Sequence record: PQ400056.1
Length of the DNA stretch: 64,000 bases
DNA from: a phage
Reading direction: 5' to 3' (one strand)
Shown here: one piece after another, positions 58,173-64,000 of the stretch
Layout of the letters: each line of letters starts with the position of its first letter
How positions within the stretch are numbered: position 1 is the first letter of the stretch
Program-made: the position numbers and the translations under genes
The notes under the pieces: model-generated
Told to the model about the DNA's origin: nothing
The model's input: the letters and a program-made list of their open reading frames with translations, nothing else
Databases searched by the model: none

Positions 58173-60938
58173 ATGACGGCAGAGCACATCAGGGACTGGC
58201 AACAACCGCGCCACGCAGTGGGGCGTGAAGGAACGGGGATCCCCGCTCCTGAATCCGCGCTTTCCTCCTGGCTGGATGCCTACCGGGCAGAGAACGAGCG
58301 CCGCAAGGAAATGGCTGATGCGGCGTTCTCCGCCACGCCGCTGGGCAACCTGATTAATAAAAGCCTGGACGCACAGGAAAAACAGGACAAAACCATCACA
58401 CTGGCAGGAGACGCCAGAAAACAGGCACGCGGCGCAGTGGATGAAGCCATGGCCTCGCTGCGCCTGCTGCCGTCCTATCTGCGCGATCCGCTTATTCGCC
58501 ACCTCTCCTTCCTGCGCAAAAAACAGGAAGCCGATCGCCGGAAAGGCAAAAAGAGCTGGCAGGCGGAACGCTATGCACGCGGAACCCTGCGCAAAATATT
58601 CGAACGTCTGGACCGCACCGATCACCGCTGGCTGACACCGGGTTATCGCTCCCTTGCCGGACGCGAACGCCTGGACGATTTGCTTTACCTGCCGCAGCTC
58701 AACAAACACCAGATACAGACGCTGGCCACCATGACGGCGGCGATGTTCAGCAGCACCTTCGAAAAACTCTGCGATGGCTTTGGCGCGACCGATGGCGAGC
58801 TGACCATGGATGTAACGCTGAAGGCGTATCAGATGCTGGCCCGCATGGCGTTACACCTGCACGCCATGCCTCCACATTATGACGCACTGACAACAGACAA
58901 AGACCGGAGGAACGAACCAGACACGGAGCTGCTGCCGGGCGCAATCCTTCGCCTGACCTGTGCGGAATGGTGGAAACGCAAACTGTGGCTGTTACGTTGC
59001 GAGTGGCGGGAAGAACAACTCCGCGCCGCCTGTCTGGTTTCCAGAAAAACATCGCCCTATCTGAGCCAGGACGCGTTAAGCGAGTTTCGCGCACAGCGCG
59101 AGAAAACACGCGATTTCCTGAAAAGTTTCATGCTGGAAAATGAAGACGGGTTCACGATTGATCTCGAGACGGTGTATTACGCGGGAGTAAGTAACCCGGT
59201 TCACCGTAAGGCAGAAATGATGGCCACCATGAAGGGACTGGAACTTCTGGCCGAAGCCCGTGGCGACAGAGCGGTGTTTCTGACCGTCACCTGCCCGTCA
59301 AAATACCACGCAACAACGGAGAACGGTCATCCGAACCCCAAATGGAACGGGGCCACCATGCGCGACTCCAGCGATTACCTGGTTAACACGTTTTTTGCGG
59401 CGGTCCGCAAAAAACTGAACCGCGACGGCCTGCGCTGGTATGGCATCCGCACGGTGGAGCCTCACCATGACGGCACTGTGCACTGGCATATGATGGTCTT
59501 TGCACATCCGGACGAGATTGAAACCATCGTGTCCCACGTCTGCGATATTGCCATTCAGGAGGACCGCCACGAGCTGGGCGATGACATAACTCCGCGTTTT
59601 AAGGCGGAGTATGTCGACGGCTCAAAAGGCACACCAACCAGCTACATCGCCACCTACATCGGAAAGAACCTGGACAGCCGCGCCGTGGATGGCATCGACC
59701 CGAAAACGGGCAAGCCACGCGTTGACCACGAAACCGGAAAATCAATGGCCGAGAGCGTGGAGCGCGCCATCGGCTGGGCGCGCCTTCACCGGGTCCGTCA
59801 GTTCCAGTTCTTTGGCATCCCCTCCCGTCAGGTGTGGCGTGAACTGCGCCGCCTTGCCAGCCAGATGGCACGCAATCCGGAAGGCCCGCAACGGCTGAAA
59901 GATGATGCAATGGATGCGGTACTCGCTGCCGCCGATGCCGGGTGTTTTGCCACCTACATTGAAAAACAGGGTGGCGTGCTTGTTCCACGCAAGGACTACC
60001 TGATTCGCACCGCCTACGACCTCGCAGATGAGCTGAACGATTACGGCGAACAGAGCGTACAGATTTACGGGATCTGGTCACCACTCATCGGGGAATCCTC
60101 CCGTGTGTGCACGCATCCGGATAACTGGAAATTGGTAAGACGTAAACCAGAACCAGAAGACAACGCCCACGAAAATGGTTTTGACCTTCAGGGCGGCCCT
60201 GCCGCCCCTTGGACTCGTGGCAATAACTGTCCCCGTGTACAGGAAACAGGCAACAGCGGGACAGAACAGTCGGAAGAACGGCCAGCACCGTGGCCGCAGC
60301 TTCCTGACGGCGTTGATGTGGATGAATGGATGCGCTCACTGAAACGGCACGAACGCCGGGCGCTGATGCGTTCGCTGCGTGACAAACAGGCAAAAAACAA
60401 CAGTGATGAAATGCAGAACTGGACACAGAGCCGCAAACAGCCGCGGCCTTTGCCTGATAACCACGAGTTACTCGCTAAAGAATGGCGGGAGTCTGCCGAA
60501 TCTCTCGGCCTGCATATCGGTGAACAACAGATGCTGCACCTGTTACGGGGCGGCAGTCTGTACGTTGACGGCAGCATCATTGCGCCGCAGGGATATGAAA
60601 TTGTATGTAAACCGGATACCCGACCGGACAGCCGAATCACGCAACTCTGGCAGCGCCTGAGTCGTAATCACAGCGTAAACAGCACGGAAATCCGCCATAA
60701 CCCGGTTTCCAGCTATCTGAAACAGCTCGGGGCATCAGACCCAGAAGCCGCCGCACGCCTGGCATCCACAATTCAGCAGGACCAGAACACCATGAAAACT
60801 CCCGTTACCGTGCTTTCTGACATGCTGCGCGCCATCCGTGACGCAGAGCACGCACAGAGAATCAATGAAACCACTGAACGCGCACGTCACAAGGCGGGTC
60901 TGTTGCAGGGCAAAGGCAATAGCGAGAAGAAAAAATAA
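58173..60938 (+). CDS. A: P2-type replication initiation protein A (HUH rolling-circle endonuclease)
   Basis: 921 aa, GC-rich; HUH motif VHWHMMVF and dual-tyrosine motif YIATYIGKN typical of the P2/186 gpA family; minus-strand track ORFs inside it are judged spurious. Confidence 0.85.
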   Translation: MTAEHIRDWQQPRHAVGREGTGIPAPESALSSWLDAYRAENERRKEMADAAFSATPLGNLINKSLDAQEKQDKTITLAGDARKQARGAVDEAMASLRLLPSYLRDPLIRHLSFLRKKQEADRRKGKKSWQAERYARGTLRKIFERLDRTDHRWLTPGYRSLAGRERLDDLLYLPQLNKHQIQTLATMTAAMFSSTFEKLCDGFGATDGELTMDVTLKAYQMLARMALHLHAMPPHYDALTTDKDRRNEPDTELLPGAILRLTCAEWWKRKLWLLRCEWREEQLRAACLVSRKTSPYLSQDALSEFRAQREKTRDFLKSFMLENEDGFTIDLETVYYAGVSNPVHRKAEMMATMKGLELLAEARGDRAVFLTVTCPSKYHATTENGHPNPKWNGATMRDSSDYLVNTFFAAVRKKLNRDGLRWYGIRTVEPHHDGTVHWHMMVFAHPDEIETIVSHVCDIAIQEDRHELGDDITPRFKAEYVDGSKGTPTSYIATYIGKNLDSRAVDGIDPKTGKPRVDHETGKSMAESVERAIGWARLHRVRQFQFFGIPSRQVWRELRRLASQMARNPEGPQRLKDDAMDAVLAAADAGCFATYIEKQGGVLVPRKDYLIRTAYDLADELNDYGEQSVQIYGIWSPLIGESSRVCTHPDNWKLVRRKPEPEDNAHENGFDLQGGPAAPWTRGNNCPRVQETGNSGTEQSEERPAPWPQLPDGVDVDEWMRSLKRHERRALMRSLRDKQAKNNSDEMQNWTQSRKQPRPLPDNHELLAKEWRESAESLGLHIGEQQMLHLLRGGSLYVDGSIIAPQGYEIVCKPDTRPDSRITQLWQRLSRNHSVNSTEIRHNPVSSYLKQLGASDPEAAARLASTIQQDQNTMKTPVTVLSDMLRAIRDAEHAQRINETTERARHKAGLLQGKGNSEKKK

Positions 60939-61118
60939 CCAAGAAAGAAATCATCAATTGTATGAAGGTAGAGTTTAGACATGGTAAGGACGTTCCATGA
61001 GGCACACTGTAATTTCATATAGTATTCCTCTTCCCTGTTTGATAAAAAAGTGCAATACTATAAATAGTCCAGTTAAATGTTTTTTCAATTCACTTAAAAT
61101 CAAGAGGTTACAGTTAAG

Positions 61119-62240
61119 ATGGGCGACTTAGGTGGTATTCAGTCAGATTTAGCCCAACTAGTTAGACTGGTAATAACTGAACAGTATGATGACGTTCGGT
61201 TATATGTCGCTCGCTTGGTGCGTAAATATCGGGAAACTATGCCTGCTCTATCCGAGCAGCTTGATCTTTATCTACGAAATAAACCGCAAAAGCCTGCACA
61301 AAGCCTGCGTAAGGTTACCGCACCAAAACAAGCGCTGCCTCAAACCATGCCTGTGGACGAGGAGTCAAGGCTTACCTTGCTTAAAGCACCAAATGAAAAG
61401 ATTGTGAGCAAACCTCTACTGTCCAGTCAGATAGAAGACTCACTGGATCAAATTATTCTTGAGCGGAAGCACATCGATCGCCTCAAGACTCTCGGCTTAC
61501 AACCAACACGCTCTGCCATTTTTGTTGGCCCTCCGGGTGTAGGTAAAACACTTACGGCAAGCTGGTTAGCTCAGAAATTAGGGGTTCCTTTTTACGTTCT
61601 TGATTTAACGGCAGTAATGAGCAGCTATCTGGGCAAAAGCGGAAATAACCTTCGGGCAGCTCTAGATTTTGCGAAGAAAGGGCCGTGCGTTCTTCTGTTA
61701 GATGAAATTGATTCAATCGCCAAAAAGAGAAGTGATGATTCTGATGTTGGAGAATTAAAAAGACTTGTTACCGTAATACTCCAGGAGGTTGACGAATGGC
61801 CGTCTTCTAGTTTGCTACTTGCTGCAACTAACTTCGCTGAGTTGATTGATCCAGCACTATGGAGACGTTTTGATTTAGTGCTCAATTTTGAGAAGCCAGA
61901 TAGCGAAAGTATTAAAGAAGCAATTAAACGCTTTTCAGGTCCCGACTACGCGATTTTTGCACGTTGGATAGATCTACTGGCTATTATGTTCAAAAATGAA
62001 TCTTTTAGTAATATTGAGCGTTCTATCAACAAATTCCGACGTTCGGTCGCTTTAGGTATTTCCTCAGATGAAGAGTTGATTGGGTCGTTCATTAAAGATG
62101 GTTTATCAGAATTAGACAGGAATGAACGTAAAGAAATTGCAGTTACTCTAAAAAGAAATTCTAAATTATCCCAGCATGCCATATCAGACTTAACCGGAGT
62201 CAGTAGGGATACAATTAGAAAATACAGTCAAAAAATGTAA
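61119..62240 (+). CDS. AAA+ ATPase (373 aa), candidate defence-module component
   Basis: Walker A GPPGVGKT, Walker B VLLLDEID, sensor-1 LLLAATN, arginine-finger region PALWRRFD; AAGAGG SD; AT-rich island directly downstream of GC-rich gene A. Confidence 0.85.
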   Translation: MGDLGGIQSDLAQLVRLVITEQYDDVRLYVARLVRKYRETMPALSEQLDLYLRNKPQKPAQSLRKVTAPKQALPQTMPVDEESRLTLLKAPNEKIVSKPLLSSQIEDSLDQIILERKHIDRLKTLGLQPTRSAIFVGPPGVGKTLTASWLAQKLGVPFYVLDLTAVMSSYLGKSGNNLRAALDFAKKGPCVLLLDEIDSIAKKRSDDSDVGELKRLVTVILQEVDEWPSSSLLLAATNFAELIDPALWRRFDLVLNFEKPDSESIKEAIKRFSGPDYAIFARWIDLLAIMFKNESFSNIERSINKFRRSVALGISSDEELIGSFIKDGLSELDRNERKEIAVTLKRNSKLSQHAISDLTGVSRDTIRKYSQKM

Positions 62241-62263
62241 TACAGCATAGATAAGGAGTATGT

Positions 62264-62521
62264 ATGGCGAAAACTAATTTTCTGATTGGACGCGGCGAAT
62301 TATTAACCAGCGATATTCCTGGTCCTAAAAGAGTGCCCGGAAAAGCTGAGGTTTATTCTCTTTACGAATCGAAACAACGTTTATTGCCGCAAATTGCATC
62401 TACTATAGAAAATTTTGATGATTTACCCAGTCAGGCATGTCCTTATGATTATGCTGTGGCTAAGTTGACGTTGAATCCGAGCTATATTGCACGCTCTTTT
62501 TTTTCCTGCAAAAATGCTTAA
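62264..62521 (+). CDS. small ORF (85 aa), possibly the frameshifted N-terminus of the downstream subtilase
   Basis: strong AAGGAG SD; ends 3' of a T8 run (62497-62504); removing one T fuses it in frame to the subtilase ORF. Confidence 0.45.
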   Translation: MAKTNFLIGRGELLTSDIPGPKRVPGKAEVYSLYESKQRLLPQIASTIENFDDLPSQACPYDYAVAKLTLNPSYIARSFFSCKNA

Positions 62522-64000
62522 GTCTACCGGGTTAACGTCTATTGGCAGCAGGACGGTAAAAATTACGCCTCAAAGCTGGAAGCGAAAAGTTACTGTGTCA
62601 GAAGTAACTACGACACAAATGTTTGTTGCTGGTAAAAGAGAATCCTTCAAAGAGTTACCTCATTGGGTGTCAGGACTCAAAGAGTTTTCTGACGAAGCGA
62701 TTGATTTTGCACGCATAGAACGGTTCGATGCCTATTTACCCGAAGAGCGTATTATTACCATTGGTGAGCAGGATTCTTCGTATTTTGAGGTTGGTGTTCA
62801 TTTACTGCCAGATAATGAACAAGACTTGGTTCAGCAACAATTTGTTCAGTTTGCATCAAATTTGAACATCAAAGTACATACTTCATTAGCTTTTACCGCT
62901 GGTACATTATGGTTCGTGCCAATCCAGGCCGATAGAATTACTATTAGTAAGCTTGCGAAATTTACATTTGTACGAGTAATAAGACCGGTTCCAAGATTGC
63001 GTGGGATTAGACCAATACAAAGGAACTACGGTCCTTTAGCTCAGTGTAAATTGCCTGCTGAGGGCCCCGTATCTTCAGAAATAAAAGTTGCGATTCTTGA
63101 TGGTGGTTTACCATCAGAGCACGCTATATCGCCATGGTTAAAATCCTATAGAGTTTTGGACGATCATGCAGAGGATGATCCAGACGGTTTAGAGCATGGT
63201 TTAGCTGTGTCTTCAGCCTTTTTATTTGGACCAATAAGTAATAAATCGGAAGCGAAAAGACCATACTCTTATATTGATAACTTAAGAGTTTTGGACAACA
63301 AGACCTGCCAAGAAGATCCGCTGGAACTATATCGAACTTTGGGCTTTATTGAAGAGGTATTGTTGTCTCGCCAGTATCAGTTTATCAATCTAAGTTTAGG
63401 TCCAGACCTACCAATTGAAGATACGGAAGTTCATGCATGGACTTCCGTTATTGATGATTTGTTAAGTGATGGTGAAACATTAATGACTGTTGCTGTTGGC
63501 AACAATGGAGAAATGGATCGCAAGTCTGGTAATGCAAGAATTCAAGTACCAGCCGATTGCGTTAATGCTCTTGCTGTTGGTGCTTGTGATACAGTTAATG
63601 ATACGGAATGGAAACGAGCACCATATAGCGCCATTGGGCCAGGCAGAAGTCCTGGCGTGATGAAACCGGATTTAGTTGCGTTTGGTGGTGACACAGACGA
63701 GTACTTTCATGTTTTAGGTAAAGGTAAGAAGCCTGTAATCATACCCCAGCTAGGAACAAGCTTTGCCTCTCCTTACGCCTTACGAGCAGCTGTTGGTGTT
63801 CGGGCAATTTTAGGGAACGATTTGAGCCTACTAGCAATCAAAGCTTTGTTAATTCATGCGTCAAAACAGCTTGATCATCCTTGTACAGAAGTTGGCTGGG
63901 GAAAACTTCCTGAAGACTTGAACGACATTATAGTCAGCCCTGATGGTGTTGCCCCGCTCGGAAGGTTACACAAACCCTGGACAAGGTCTCGTGGGCTCGG
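62514..64000 (+). CDS. subtilisin-like serine protease (peptidase S8), partial at window end
   Basis: catalytic motifs in D-H-S order: VAILDGG, LEHGLAV, VAVGNNGE (oxyanion Asn), GTSFASPY; ORF remains open to 64000; no SD before its own ATG. Confidence 0.8.
   Translation, partial: MLKSTGLTSIGSRTVKITPQSWKRKVTVSEVTTTQMFVAGKRESFKELPHWVSGLKEFSDEAIDFARIERFDAYLPEERIITIGEQDSSYFEVGVHLLPDNEQDLVQQQFVQFASNLNIKVHTSLAFTAGTLWFVPIQADRITISKLAKFTFVRVIRPVPRLRGIRPIQRNYGPLAQCKLPAEGPVSSEIKVAILDGGLPSEHAISPWLKSYRVLDDHAEDDPDGLEHGLAVSSAFLFGPISNKSEAKRPYSYIDNLRVLDNKTCQEDPLELYRTLGFIEEVLLSRQYQFINLSLGPDLPIEDTEVHAWTSVIDDLLSDGETLMTVAVGNNGEMDRKSGNARIQVPADCVNALAVGACDTVNDTEWKRAPYSAIGPGRSPGVMKPDLVAFGGDTDEYFHVLGKGKKPVIIPQLGTSFASPYALRAAVGVRAILGNDLSLLAIKALLIHASKQLDHPCTEVGWGKLPEDLNDIIVSPDGVAPLGRLHKPWTRSRGL

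Noticed and set aside
57975-60640. Minus-strand ORFs inside the gene A region (57975-58709, 58747-59109, 59298-59570, 59599-60084, 60085-60426, 60188-60640)
   Set aside because: GC-rich DNA produces long antisense open frames; translations are Arg/Cys/Pro-rich with no motifs and all overlap the well-supported gpA ORF.
1-64000. tRNA or other structured RNA genes
   Set aside because: No cloverleaf-compatible stretches noticed by eye; this cannot be excluded without a tRNA scan.

Overview
The window is a composite. Positions 1 to about 57,800 are a T4-like myovirus genome segment. The plus strand carries the late long-tail-fibre genes 34, 35, 36 and 37 and holin t. A long minus-strand array follows: a hyperplastic block of small ORFs, topoisomerase gp52, rIIB, rIIA, a fused gp39/60 topoisomerase subunit, dexA, dda, 56, 61, 41, 40, uvsX, 43, regA, 62, 44, 45, 46, 47, 55, nrdH, nrdG and nrdD. 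Many minus-strand genes are preceded by near-consensus sigma70-type promoters (TTGACA, 16-17 nt, TATAAT), several of them in a repeated promoter-leader cassette. The phage part ends in a 2,317-bp inverted duplication (52230-54546 vs 55405-57721) around an 858-bp spacer, followed by a purine-rich low-complexity stretch (about 57801-58060). After that the sequence becomes GC-rich and encodes a P2-type rolling-circle replication protein A (58173-60938), followed by an AT-rich island with an AAA+ ATPase, a small ORF and a subtilisin-like S8 protease that runs off the window end. That last module sits where P2-like prophages carry defence cargo and is the strongest candidate for a defence system here; it resembles the ATPase-plus-subtilase IetAS arrangement. 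The inverted duplication, the junk-like bridge and two homopolymer frameshifts (nrdD, subtilase N-terminus) suggest a chimeric or error-prone assembly. All homology calls are from reading the translations against remembered T4 and P2 proteins; no database search was run. Several minus-strand starts in the ORF track are GTG/TTG extensions and were moved to the first ATG with a Shine-Dalgarno sequence.
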